Source: Octopus sinensis | Lineage: Eukaryota | Reading direction: 5' to 3' | NCBI RefSeq assembly: GCF_006345805.1 | Contig: NC_043021.1 | Location: 17,112,001-17,176,000 of the forward strand | Length of the DNA stretch: 64,000 bases | Shown: positions 38,668-52,867 of the stretch, in pieces | Numbering within the stretch: the first letter of the stretch is position 1 | Layout of the letters: the number at the start of each line of letters is the position of its first letter | Program-made: the position numbers and the translations under genes | The notes under the pieces: generated by a model | Seen by the model: only the letters and a program-made list of their open reading frames with translations | Databases searched by the model: none | What the model was told of the DNA's origin: nothing

Positions 38668-38707
<40 letters not shown>

Positions 38708-38914
38708 CTGAGTTCAAATTCCGCCGAGGTCGACTTTGCCTTTCATCCTTTCGGAGGTCGATAAATATATATATATATGAAGGTAGCCAATAAGGAGGGA
38801 ATGGGACAGAACCAGGATGCGCAGAGGAGTTGTTTACAAAAGGCCCTATAAGATGACATGGACAATTTGCATTATATGTATGTGTGTGTATATAAATATA
38901 TAGATATATATATA

Positions 38915-38962
<48 letters not shown>

Positions 38963-39649
38963 TACGTGTGTGTATGTACGCACAAAATTTGTTAAGTATA
39001 AAGTTGGAGAAAAAAAACATATATATATATATTATATATATAAACGTTTGTTGTTGATGTTTTGCAAAGCTTGAAATCTCTACATTGACATGTTTATGCT
39101 TCTCCAATTCTTTCCCTAGTGAAAATACATTTTAAGGGGCAGGGAAAATGTTGCTTATACAAAAGACGAGGTAGCATATTAAAAAAAATTCAGAAGATGA
39201 CGATGACGATTCCATTTAATTTTATATCTACCACTCTGCCTTGCTTTCTGCATTACAACTGTACTGTTAGTAAATTATTCCTTTCTGCTCTAGACACACA
39301 AAGCCTGAAATTTAGGGAGAAGGGGGCCGGCCGGCCAGTCGATTAGATCGACCCTAATATGCAACTAGTACTTAATTTATCGCCCCCGGAAAGGATGAAA
39401 GGCAACGTCGACCTCGGCGGAATTTGAACTCAGAACATAAAGACAGAGACGAACTATTTTGTAAATTATTGTAATAATAAAGATGTTCTATATACATTCG
39501 TATTGGTCACGTATGTATATTATACATCAGCGGGAGGTGAGAGGGGGGGAATAAACGCATTGAAGACCACAAATTCTATAACACAGCTTCTTCCCCCCGA
39601 TTCAAGTAAAGAGCTTCCACAACTCAAAAGAAAATATTATGTTAAAATT

Positions 39650-40042
39650 ACAAGCATTATATATATATTATATATATATATTGTTATATTTCGGAATGGT
39701 CATTTTGCCAGTTTAGCCAATAAATATATATATAAACATATATATATATATATACATATATACATATAGGCATACAAACACACATATACATATGTCTGTA
39801 TATGTATATAAATAATAACAGCAAAACGTTATTTCTTTTGTTTGTGCTTATATATATATATATACATATACACAAACACACACACATATATATATATAAT
39901 ATATATATATATATATTTATTGCCAGTTTAGCCAATAAAATATATATAACATATATATATATATATGTATATACATATATACATATGTCTGTATATGTAT
40001 ATAAATAATACCAGCAAAACGTTATTTTTCTTTGTGTGTGCT

Positions 40043-40081
<39 letters not shown>

Positions 40082-40219
40082 TACATACATACATACACAC
40101 ATACATATATTTATATTTCGGTTCTATATTTTTGTTTTTATGTTTTCGTTTCTCATTGTGTTCAACGTCTTTTTATTGATGTCCTGTACTCATATATGCA
40201 TGCATATATGTACATATCA

Positions 40220-40250
<31 letters not shown>

Positions 40251-40410
40251 TGTATGTATATATATATACATATAAACGCATTGAAGACATACATACATAC
40301 ATACATATATGTACATATCAACATATATATGTATATATATTTATATATAATATACAACATACATACATATATGTACATATCAACAATTATATATATATAT
40401 ATATATATAT

Positions 40411-40470
<60 letters not shown>

Positions 40471-40846
40471 CGTGTGACTTGGCACCAAACGCTACAAGAC
40501 ATCAGGAAGCTGGTTTAAGTTTTCTTTAAATGAAGAAAATATTCCCGATTGGTCAGAGTCGATCAGGGGAAAATAAAGTTTAGAATAAATTAGATTAATA
40601 ATAAATCATCGAAATATATACACTCTATAGATTATATATATATATATATATAAATTTATAAATATATACATGTACCGTTTAAATATAGACACAGAGTGTG
40701 TGCATATATATACACATACCCAAGTGTGTATATATATATATATATGTGTACGTGTAAATATATTGACATACACATGTATATGTCTAAATGTGCATATACA
40801 CACATTCATATATATTCATCTTAATAAAATATATGCATGTATATAG

Positions 40847-40878
<32 letters not shown>

Positions 40879-42480
40879 ATATATACACGTGTGCATATGT
40901 AATATACATACACAAATGTTACAAATAACTGCATGTATAAATATCTATACGTACGTACATTGAAACATATACACACACTTCAATACAAAACTAAATACAT
41001 ATATATATATACACGTACACACTACACATCTACATAGGCACATAAACACACATACATATGTTTATATATATATATACACACACATATATATACACACATA
41101 TATATACACACACATATATATACACACATATATATATACACATATATACACACACATATATAAACACACATATATATAAACACATATATATATAAACACA
41201 CATATATATAAACACATATATATATAAACACATATATATACACACACATATATATACACACACATAAACACACACATAAACACATATATATATAAACACA
41301 TATATACACACATATATAAACACATATATATAAACACATATATATACACACACATATATATACACACACATATAAACACACACATATAAACACACACATA
41401 TAAACACATATATATATAAACACATATATATATAAACACACAGCCCCAACATGGCCACAGCTCATAAGCTGAAACTGGAAAATCATATATAAACACACAT
41501 ATATATACATACATGCATATATACTTACATATATATACATACATGCATATATACTAACATATATATATATATACATACATGCATATATACCAACATATAT
41601 ATATATATATACATACATGCATATATACTAACATATATATATATACATACATGCATATATACAAACATATATATATACATACATGCATATATACAAACAT
41701 ATATATATACATACATGCATATATACAAACATATATATATACATACATGCATATATACTAACATATATATATATATATATATACATACATGCATATATAC
41801 AAACATATATATATACAAACATATATATATACAAACATATATATATACAAACATATATATATACAAACATATATATATACATACATGCATATATACTAAC
41901 ATATATATATACAAACATATATATATATACATACATGCATATATACTAACATATATATATACATACATGCATATATATACACACATATATATATATACAT
42001 ACATGCATATATACACACACATATATATATACACACATGCATATATACATACATGCATATATACACACATGCATATATACACACATATATATATATACAC
42101 ACACATATATATATACACACATATACATATACATGCATATATATACACACACATATATTATATATATACACACAAGATTTTAAAGCACAGTACGCATAGG
42201 ATATCATGAACACAGATTTATAAATATAGTTATATGCACATGTATAACTGTCATAATATAGTCCATATACAAATATAGAAAACTATATATACACACACAC
42301 AACAATGTATAATATTATATATATATATATAATATATATATATATATGCAACCGTATATAAATAACTACCACGTAGATTGGTATATTTATATTGGTATAT
42401 ATATATAAATACATAAATAAATATTTGTATGTATATTACACTATATGCACGAATACATATATATATATACAGGAATATAA
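39650..42480. repeat. Extended (TA)/(CA)/(CATA) cryptic microsatellite field with ~30-bp and ~215-bp duplications
   Basis: Recurrent CATACATGCATATATAC(T/A)AAC units. TTGCCAGTTTAGCCAATAAA block at ~39705 and ~39920. Confidence 0.9.
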
Positions 42481-42789
42481 AACTATGTTTCTGAAAATAA
42501 GATAATGATGATGATGATGATGAGGAGTTGATGAAGAGAGAAGCAAAATGAAATGAGGAGATTTTAAGAGAGGAAAAACAAAGGTGATCTATTTATGAAA
42601 GAAAGAGGAAATAACCTTAATCGAAGCACGCCAAAACCATGGTTATTTTCGCCAAAGAAATCACCGTCGCACTTGCTGCTGCTGTAACACACCTCGCTTT
42701 TTCTTTTCATATGGGCTTACGTTCCCCTCTCTATCTATCCATCTGTCTATCACTTTCTCACTCGGTTCGTCTCAGTCTCTGTCTTTCTC

Positions 42790-43780
42790 CTTAACTCTCT
42801 ATCACTTCTCCTCCTTCTCTGCTTCCTATCAACGACTTCTCCTCGTTCTCTCTTTACTGTCTATCTATCACTTCTACTCTTCCTTTCTTTACTGTCTATC
42901 TATTACTCATACTCCTTCTCTCTTTACTATCTATCTATGACTTCTCCTCCTGCTCTCTTTACTGTCTATCTATCACTTCTACTCTTCCTTTCTTTACTGT
43001 CTATCTATTACTCATACTCCTTCTCTCTTTATTATCTATCTATCACTTCTACTCTTGCTTACTTTACTTTCTATCTATGACTTCTCCTCCTTCTCTCTTT
43101 ACTGTATCTATCATTTCTACTCTTCCTTTCTTTACTGTCTATCTATTACTCATACTCCTTCTCTCCTTATTATCTATCTATCACTTCTACTCTTGCTTAC
43201 TTTACTTTCTATCTATGACATCTCCTCCTTCTCTCTTTACTGTATCTATTACTTCTACTCTTCCTTTCTTTACTGTCTATCTATTACTCATACTCCTTCT
43301 CTCCTTATTATCTATCTATCACTTCTACTCTTGCTTACTTTACTTTCTATCTATGACTTCTCCTCCTTCTCTCTTTACTGTATCTATTACTTCTACTCTT
43401 GCTTTCTTTACTGTCTATCTATTACTCATACTCCTTCTCTCTTTATTATCTATCTATTACTTCTACTCCTCGTTTACTATTCATCAGTTACATTCACTCC
43501 TTCCCTCTCTACTTGCTATCTATTACTGCTACTCCTCTTTTCTTTACTATCTATCTATTACTAGTCCTCCTCTGTTTATTATCTATTCCTTCTACTCCTC
43601 CTTCTCTCTTTACTATCTATACCTCTCTTCCCTCTTTCTCTATTATCTGCGACCGCTCTTCCTTCTCTATTACTATCTATCTATCTATTACTTCTCCTCC
43701 TCCTTCTCTTTCTTTACTCTCTCTCTATTACTAGTCCTCCTTCTTTCTTTACTATCTATCTAATACGACTTCTCCTTTCT
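42790..43780. repeat. Pyrimidine-rich minisatellite, ~34-bp monomer with a 138-bp higher-order unit
   Basis: CTCTTGCTTACTTTAC recurs at 43052, 43190 and 43328. Confidence 0.85.
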
Positions 43781-44118
43781 TTTTACTGTCTATCTCTTAC
43801 TTCGCTCTCACTTTACAAATCTCTTACTTCTCTTCCCTCTCTCTATTATCTATCTATCTATCTATCACTTCTCCTCTCTCAATAATATCTATTTGTCACT
43901 TCTCTCTCTCTCTCTACAAATTACTGCATTTCGCTGTTTATTATCTATCTATTAGTTTCCCTCCATTTTAGTAACTACCAGTCTAACACTTGCTTTACCA
44001 TCTATTATTACTCATCCTTCTCTCTTCACTTTTTCTCCTTCATCCTAATCTATTACTTCTTTACTGTCTCTCTCCATCACTTCTCTCTCTTTACTATCTT
44101 CCATTACTCTCTCAATTT

Positions 44119-44182
<64 letters not shown>

Positions 44183-45883
44183 TTATAACTTACTTTTCTC
44201 ATCAATGGCTTGTGGGGGGACGCGGTATTTCGTTATGCAACCATAATATACTATAAAGTATTTTAAACGTCAACAAATAATTATTTTCCTCAATCTTTCT
44301 ATTTATACATGTTCTATCCGTCTCTTCTCTATTATCTATTAACACCCCCTTCTCTCTTATCTATCAATTGGGTCTCCTGTTCACTATGAACTACCATGCT
44401 TGTTCTCTTCATACTTACTATCTATCTATTACTTACAACTCCCCCTCATACTTAAGTTATTATTTCTATCTCTCTCCCTCTCTCTTTAGCTTTGATTACT
44501 ATCTATCTATTACTTCTCCCCCTCATACTTAAGTTATTATTTCTATCTCTCTCCCTCTCTCTTTAGCTTTGATTACTACCTATCTATTACACTTTGTATC
44601 TCTCTCTCTCTCTCTCGCCTTCTCTATATATTTATTAATCTATTATTCTTCCCACCATCCTCTCTCTATGTTTACTATTTATCTATTATTTTAATACTTC
44701 CCTCTCTCTCCCTCCCTCCTTCTATGCTTACTATCTATTTATTACTTTTTCCTTCTATATAACTTTCTCTCTTTCTCCTTGTGTTTTTACTCTCACTCTT
44801 TTTCTCCTCTCTTCCTTTTCCTCACTATTTCGTTTCCTCTCTTCCTTCCCCTCTCTATTTTTCTCTCTATTGCTCCGTTCGTCGCTCTCTATATTTCCTT
44901 CCTCCTTCTCTCTTGCATTTCTTCGACCTCTTCCTTTCCTCCCTCCTTCAATCGCGACTGCAATGACATTAGTAGCGTTAACACTTCCGGTCTTCCATCA
45001 ATTGTGCATTCTCCTTGGCATCCGGACGAACATGTATAATAATAATGTATTTCTAACATGGACACAACACCGAACATTTGGAGGGAGGAGGTGTAGTCGA
45101 GAAAATGAACCGTCACGTTTTGACTGGGGTCTTTATGAACCCCAGAAAGATTAAAAAGACGAAGTCACCCTCAGCAGGAATTGAACCTCGAAAGTAAAGG
45201 GACATAACTAAAGGCCGCAAGATATTTGGCCTGTCGCTCTACTGACTCTACTATTAATATAATAGCAGACGGTCACATGTAACAGCGGGAAGCGATACAA
45301 TTACTGAAGCGTCTGCGCAATCTACTAAAAATAGCAGCCAAATCACCCTTTTTTTTTTTATCACACCTCACTATCTTAAAAATAAAGGAAGGGCTCATTA
45401 GATAAGTTAGTTCTTCATACCTCTTCAAAGGTGGGATGGTCACGGCTGGAGTGCTTTTCATCAAGAGGTTTGCTCATTCAAGGTTGACTTGGGGGTTAAA
45501 CAAAAAAAAAAACATATTTCTCTTTAGATCCCTGGAGGATGAAAGATATAGCCGACCTCAGCAGGATCAGAACTCAGAACGTTATGAGGTTGAATTTGGC
45601 AAAGCCATTAATGTTTTGTATTATTTAGTCACAGCCCTTTACGCCTCGAGTTCAAATCCGGTCAGGGTCATCCTTTTGGGGGCTAATATAATACATACAT
45701 ACATACATACATACATCAGGCGTGGTGGCTGTGTGGTAAACAATTTGCTTCCCAACCACATGGTTCCAGGTTCAGTCCCACTGCGTGGCACCTTGGGCAT
45801 GTGTCTTGGGCCAACCAAAGCTTTCTGAGTAGATTTGGTAGACGAAAACTGAAAGAAACCTGTCTATACATGTATGTGTGTAA

Positions 45884-46172
45884 GTGGAGGCGCAATGGCC
45901 CAGTGGTTAGGGCAGCGGACACGCGGTCGTAGGATTGCGGTTTTGATTCCCAGACCGGGTGTTGTGAGTGTTTATTGAGGCTCCAGCAGGGGGTGGTGGC
46001 AATCTCTGCTGTACTCTTTCGCCACAACTTCCTCTCACTCTTTCTTCTGTTGGCCTGCTCGCTTAGCCTAAGGGGAGGTGTCATTTGAAGGTTAAAACAA
46101 TGCGAAGCGCATTGTGACCAGCGATGTGTAGCAACACCTGATAGCCTGGTCTGTCACAGTGATCACGATGAT
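45884..46172 (+). mobile_element. SINE family C
   Basis: GGCGCAATGGCCCAGTGGTTAGGGC head. Ends in (TA)n. Confidence 0.85.
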
Positions 46173-46388
46173 ATATATATATATATATATGTGTGGTTGC
46201 CTAACACTCCATTATATAATGCCATATGAAACCGATTGGTAAGACCAGCCACGATAGGTAATTAATATTATAAAATTCAGACAATATACCCACTCTACTG
46301 ACAGTTATATGAATGCATCTTCTCCTTGATTTATGGTCTTTCTTAGATGACTCACGCACGTATATATAGGTGTGTGTGTGTGTGTGTG

Positions 46389-46990
46389 AAGGCACATGGT
46401 TCAGTGGTTAGAGCGTCGAGCTTGCGATTGCGAGGTTGTGAGTTTGATTTCCGGACCGAGCTGTGTGTTGTGTTCTTGAGCAAGACACTTTATTTCCTCG
46501 TTGCTCCAGTTCACTCAGCTGTTGAAAAGAGTTGTGATGTCTCTGGTGCCAAGCTGTATCGGCCCCATTGCCTTTCCTTTGGATAACATCATTGGTGTGG
46601 AGAGAGGAGGCTGGTATGCATGGGTGATAAAGGCGGCGAGCTGGCAGAATCGTTAGCACGCCGGGCGAAATCCTTAGTGGTATTTCGTCTGCCGTTACGT
46701 TGTGAGTTCAAATTCCGCCGAGGTCGACTTTGCCTTTCATCCTTTCGGGGTCGATAAATTAAGTACCAGTTACGCACGGGGTCGATGTAATCGACTTAAT
46801 ACCTATGTCTGTCCTTGTTTGTCCCCTCTATGTTTAAGCCCCTTGTGGGTAATAAAGAAATAGGTATGCATGGGTGATTGCTGGTCTTCCACAAATCAAC
46901 CTTGCCCAGATTTGTGCTTCCAAAGGGAACTTTCTTGGTGCAATCTCATGGTCATTCATGACCGAAAGGGATCTTTATACTTTAACCCTT
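46389..46990 (+). mobile_element. SINE family D with a nested family B SINE (46632-46861; 16-bp TSD)
   Basis: GGTATGCATGGGTGAT is duplicated at 46613 and 46863. Confidence 0.88.
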
Positions 46991-47523
46991 TTTTTATTAT
47001 TTAACAGCTTTATATTAATTTATTGTTAGCATCTTTAAAAATCAAGCATAAAGAAAATATAACTTCCAAGAACAGTGAGAATAATGGTAAAGAATTCCAT
47101 TCCCTCCATCTCTTTTCTCCCACTGACTATTCCTGGAAGGGTCATGGGAGTAGACACCCCAGACACCTCTTTCGTAAGATCCTATCAGAAGCAACTGTCG
47201 TTACATTTTCTGGATGGGTTTCCAAGCATGACCAACCAAGATTATCAATATTATCCAACCAGGCACAGATGTGACTGTGAAGTAAGAAGTTTGCTTCCTG
47301 ACCGCCTGGTTCTGAGTTCGGTCCCACTGCATGGCGCCTTGGACGAGTGTCTTTTACCATAGCCCTGACCCAACCAAAGCTTTCTGAGAGGATTTGGTAG
47401 AAACAAACTGAAAGAAGCCAATCTTAAGAATAAGAAATGTGCTGAGGTCAATTCATTCATCTAAAAATTCTTCAAGGTGGTGCCCCAGCATGGCCACAGT
47501 CTAATGACTGAACCTAATACATA

Positions 47524-47905
47524 CAGGAGTGGCTGTGTGGTAAGTAGCTTGTTTACCAACCACATGGTTCCGGGTTCAGTCCCAAATGTCTTCTACTATA
47601 GCCTCGGGCCGACCAAAGCCTTGTGAGTGGATTTGGTAGACGGAAACTGAAAGAAGCCTATCGTATATATGTATATATATATATATATGTGTGTGTATGT
47701 TTGTGTGTCTGTGTTTGTCCCGCTAGCATTGCTTGACAACCGATGCTGGTGTGTTTAGATCCCCGTCACTTAGCGGTTCAGCAAAAGAGACCGATTGAAT
47801 AAGTACTGGCTTACAAAGAATAAGTCCCGGGGTTGAGTTGCTCGATTAAAGGCGGTGCTCCAGCATGGCCACAGTCAACTGACTGAAACAAGTAAAAGAG
47901 TAAAG
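47524..47905 (+). mobile_element. SINE family A
   Basis: Match with a small deletion. Confidence 0.88.
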
Positions 47906-48405
47906 CGTAAAAGTGTATACAGTTGTCTCAGCTGGAGGAATCTGTCTTGCAATTCAAAGAATTCTTCAACTGAAAACATTTTTTATTTCAATTTCTCTGG
48001 AAATCCTGAAATTTTCTTCACATCTTTAAAATACCAGAAAACACTTTTTGCTTTTATTTATTTATATATTTTGTTTTTGTTAAGGTCATGATCATTATTA
48101 TTATTCTTCATTTTAACATCCACTTTTCTATGCTTGCATGGGTCAGATGGGATTTGTTGAGACAGATTTCCTACGGCTGGATGCCCTGTCTGTCACCGAC
48201 TGCAGAGCAGCAATCTGAAGGTGGACTTAGCGTATTTCTCCCGTGGTCAGACATTTTTTTCCTTGGCCAACTTGAAACAAACAACATTGTTTGTATGACA
48301 TTGGCTCTCAATTACAATTATCATGTGGTGTCTAAACATAGAGACACAAATACAAAAACACACACACATACCTACATACAAACATACATACATACATACA
48401 TACAT

Positions 48406-48958
48406 GGTTGGCCACCTCCTTGTTATCGGGTATGGCCATTGCACAAAGCTTAATCAATGTTGTTATCGTGCAATGCCTGTGCAAGAAGTTTTTTTTAAAG
48501 TGAGGAAAGGCTGTGCACTGAGTCAATCCCACTCACTAAGCAACAGCAGCCATAATCCGAAAAGAAGAACAAGTCAACATCATCGGAAACCACTGAGCCG
48601 CAGGTTTTATGTCGGAGTTATCCCAGTTACCTGAGTTACCTTCTCCTAGAAGGATGCCCTAACAAAGGCGAGGAGTCCTTCACTCCCAATGGTTTAACCG
48701 CGCGACCGGGTATTCAGTCCAATTATTTCTATGTCCCGCGCATGATACAGCCTTAAGACATTTATTGGATGACCGTTGACTCTCAAGATTTCCTCCACCC
48801 TTTGACGGGTTTTGTTTTTCATCCCGCAGGGTGTCCAATAAACACCCTCCTCACCAAGCAAGCTTGGTGGGGTTGACGGTTTAGTTGCCGACGACCAGAC
48901 CATGCAACAGGTTGTACTGGGTTACATGTTACCAGTAGCACTCGAAAATGACCTGACC
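48406..48958 (-). mobile_element. Structured ~550-bp retro-element inserted in (CATA)n, possibly RTE-leader derived
   Basis: GC-richer and hairpin-rich, with (CATA)n on both sides. CTAGGAGAAGGTAACTC resembles RTE 5' leaders. Confidence 0.45.
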
Positions 48959-49479
48959 TACACATACATACATACATACATACATCGCAAAACCAGAAAG
49001 GAGAAAGCTAATTCAAAGACTACAGATCCAATCTATCAATGGAACTGTAAAAATCTGTAAAACTTTCCAGAAGTTTATCAAATATATTATTCAAATATAT
49101 ATGAGCATGTCTAGATAGGTAACTATATGCATGAAAATACATAATTAAAACAAAACATACAAATCTGCAAACATACATGCATACATACATGCAAACAGGC
49201 ATACATCCATACATACATACATACATACATACATACATCCATACATACATACATACATCTAGGTCAGAATCCACCTTTTTTTACTGTTGGCAAGAAATCG
49301 TGAAATAAAACTGAATAATGACAAACATACATGCATGCATGCATACATACATACATACATATGACAGAAGTAAATAGACACCCCATAAAACGTTTTATGT
49401 TTTTTTTTTTAAACTTGTAAAGGTTTATATTTTTTATTAATTGAAATTTTTATGTTTCAAGTTCTATATGTGACTGTTT

Positions 49480-50878
49480 AATCATGCCACATACAAAAGA
49501 AGCCTTGGAACTGTCTGAATTTGAGTCAATCTGAAGGTGGACTTAGCGTAAAATCACAGAAAACCATGGGATCCTGCTTTCTACAGTTAATAGAATGATT
49601 GTGCAATTCAGCAGATAGGGGAAGGAGTCCACATCACCTCACCCAGGTTGACCAGGGCTCTCTGACAGGCCCCTTCACTTTATTAAGAGAAGTGTGGGGG
49701 ATAATCCTTGTTGCAAGACCTCTGACATAGCAGAACATAGCAGATGTCAGTCCCAGAACAGTTATCAGGTATCCCCACGGAATTGGTTACTATGGCAGAG
49801 CAGCAAGAAGGAAGCCACTTCTTTGACCAGCCAACATCAAGTGGAAAAAAGATTGGGCCAGTGAGATGGTTGGAGAGGCCACTAGCATTTTGGGACACTG
49901 TCATATTCTCCGATGAGTCCAGATTTGCCGTATTTCCTGACAGTGGTCAAGTGGGGGTCTGGAGACTCTGTGATCAAGAATGTGATGTGAAAAGATTGCA
50001 GCCAACAATGAAACACGACAGCTATTCTGCAATGGTCTGGGGAGCAATTTGGAGCAAAGGTTGACCAGAGATGGTGGAGTGTGAGGGAAACATAAACTCA
50101 GATAAATATATGTGCATATTGCAGAAAGGACTCCTTCCAATCTTCTCCAATGGTGAAATGATTAAAGAAGACGCTTTATTTATGGGAAATGGGGCTCCTT
50201 GTCACATGGCTAAAATAACTCAAGGTTTGTCGGATGAGGTTCCTTGACCAAGCCAGTCACCAGATATGAACCCTATTTTTTTTTTTTTACTTGTTTCAGT
50301 CATTTTGACTGTGGCCATGCTGGAGCACCGCCTTTAATCGAGCAACTCGACCCTGGGGCTTATTCTTTGTAAGCCCAGTACTTATTCTATCGGTCTCTTT
50401 TGCCGAACCACTAAGTGACGGGGACATAAACACACCAGCATCGGTTGTCAAGCAATGCTAGGGGGACAAACACAGACACACAAACATACACACACATACA
50501 TATATATACATATATACGACGGGCTTCTTTCAGTTTCCGTCTACCAAATCCACTCACAAGGCTTTGGTCAGCCTGAGGCTATAGTAGAAGACACTTGCCC
50601 AAGGTGCCACGTAGTGGGACTGAACCCGGAACCATGTGGTTGGTAAGCAAGCTACTTACCACACAGTCACTCTTGCACCTATTGAACACTTCTGGGGCAT
50701 AATGGACAGGACACTTCATAAAAAGAACAAGAAAGCATCTTCAAAGCCAGATCTTTTGAGATTACTGCATGAAACCTGGCAAGAAATTCCTCGAGAGAAT
50801 ATTTGTCATCTGATCAGTAACAGGCCTAATAGGGTCCTTGCATTGAAAAATGCAAAGGGCATGTCTACTAAATATTAG
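49480..50878 (+). pseudogene. Tc1-family (DD34E-type) transposase pseudogene split by a SINE A
   Basis: VIFSDESRF, MVWGAI, NGAPCH and SQSPDMNP, then [SINE], then IEHFWG...KNAKGMSTKY*. Stops and frameshifts present. Confidence 0.88.
50278..50679 (-). mobile_element. SINE family A inserted in the SPDMNPIE codons
   Basis: Full-length match with (C)TATT on both sides. Confidence 0.9.
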
Positions 50879-50894
50879 ATATTAACGTTATTAA

Positions 50895-51115
50895 CCCTTT
50901 CGTTACCAACCTGGCTGAAACCGGCTCTGGCTTTTTAGTATAAATGTCTTGTTTTTATAAGTTTTGAATTCAAATCTTCCACCAAATCTTAGTCACAATT
51001 TATGTTCCTAACACCAGCTTAATGATAACGATGTTATTTTACTAAATTCTTTGATATATTTAAAATAATTGGAAGAAACACAGAGCATCTCAATAGAAAT
51101 ACAGTAACGAAAGGG
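50895..51115. mobile_element. piggyBac-type MITE family 1
   Basis: TTAA|CCCTTTCGTTAC...GTAACGAAAGGG|TTAA. Confidence 0.88.
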
Positions 51116-51181
51116 TTAATAAATAGTTTGAGTGTAGAATTTCAGATTTAAATAAATTTTAATGATTTACTACTGTCTATT

Positions 51182-51212
<31 letters not shown>

Positions 51213-51367
51213 GTGTTATTAGCATTTAGCAGAAGCAACAAAGTGACTCAAAGGCTGTAGTTTCCTACATTGGCACTTACCAAACATTTTGATAAGCGTC
51301 GACACACAAAATTCTAGACTCTTGAGTCACTCTGTGCCTTCTGCTAAACACGAGAGAGTGGGGGGAC

Positions 51368-51387
51368 AGATAGATAGATGTAGATAG

Positions 51388-51454
<67 letters not shown>

Positions 51455-51553
51455 CAGATAGATAGATAGATAGACAGATAGATATAGATAGATAGATAAA
51501 CGGATAGATAGATAGATAGGTAGATAGATGGATAGATAGATAGATAGACAGAT

Positions 51554-51584
<31 letters not shown>

Positions 51585-51690
51585 TAAACAGATAGATAGA
51601 TAGAGAGAGAGACAGACAGACAGACTGACAGACTGATGGACAAACAGATAGACAGATAGACAGGCCGACAGATGAACAGACAGATACACA
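51368..51690. repeat. (GATA)n/(GACA)n microsatellite
   Basis: Direct reading. Confidence 0.92.
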
Positions 51691-52190
51691 CACACACACA
51701 TACACACATGCACATTTACATATATATAAATATACTGTAGAAACATTGCCAGATAAGACTGGAGCCTGGTGCAGCCTTCTGGCTTCCCAGATCCCCGGTC
51801 GAACCGTCCAACCCATGCTAGCATGGAGAACGGACGTTAAACGATGATGATAATGATACTCATTAATTAATCTGAATTATTTATCATTCCAGTCTCACAG
51901 ATAATACAAATATTGTGTCTATAATAGATTGTGTCTTTGATGTTGTTCCATACTTTATTTGTCAATTGTCTTACAAATAATCTATTACGTACAATCAATT
52001 ATACATAACAAGGACATGATCTGGCAGTCTGTCACATGCACAGGCACACACACACACACATACATATATACATACATACATACATGCATCCATCCATCCA
52101 TCTATCCATCTATCCATCCATACATACATACATGTTCACGCACAAATAGTTGATTTCATTGATCCCAACATTCTTTCTGCTTACATAGCA

Positions 52191-52215
<25 letters not shown>

Positions 52216-52222
<7 letters not shown>

Positions 52223-52867
52223 CATCATCATCATCATCATCATTGTTTAACGTCTGTTTTCCATGCTAGCATGGGTTGGACGGTTCAACTGGGGTCTGTG
52301 AAGCCAGAAGGCTTCATCAGTCCCAGTCAGATCTGGCAGTGTTTCTACGACCGGATGCCCTTCCTAACGCCAACCACTCCGTGAGTGTAGTGGGTGCTTT
52401 TTACGTGCCACCCGCACAGGTGCCAGACAGAGCTGGCCAACGGCCACGAACGGATGGTGCTTTTTATGTGCCACCGGCACGGGGGCCAGGCGAGGCTGGC
52501 AACGGACACGAACGGATGGTGCTTTTTATGGGCCACCGGTATGAGGCCAGTCGGGGCGGCGCTGGCAACGGTCGCGAATGGATGGTTCTCTTACATGCCA
52601 CTGGCACTGGTAACACATCTGCAATTTCCATTGATCGATTTCGATTCTGATCCTCACTTGCCTCAACAGGTCTTCACAAGTAGAGTTTTGTGTCCCAAGA
52701 AGGGAAGGTATGCATACGTAGGCTGGCTCCATCCCATGTAGAAGGCCACGGGTTATGGACTCACTTGTCCTGCTGGGTCTTCTCGCGCACAGCACACTTC
52801 CAGAGGTCTCAGTCTCTAGTCATTTCCTCAGTGAGACCTAAAGTTCGAAGGTCGTGCTTCACCACCT
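52216..52867 (-). mobile_element. 5'-truncated RTE LINE 3' end
   Basis: Colinear with 3047-3700. (GAT)n tail. Confidence 0.88.

Noticed and set aside
39684-42213. Long Y/I/C/V/M-rich ORFs
   Set aside because: They are translations of (TA)/(CA) microsatellites.
43055-43763. 228-aa and 169-aa hydrophobic ORFs
   Set aside because: They are read-through of the CT-rich minisatellite.
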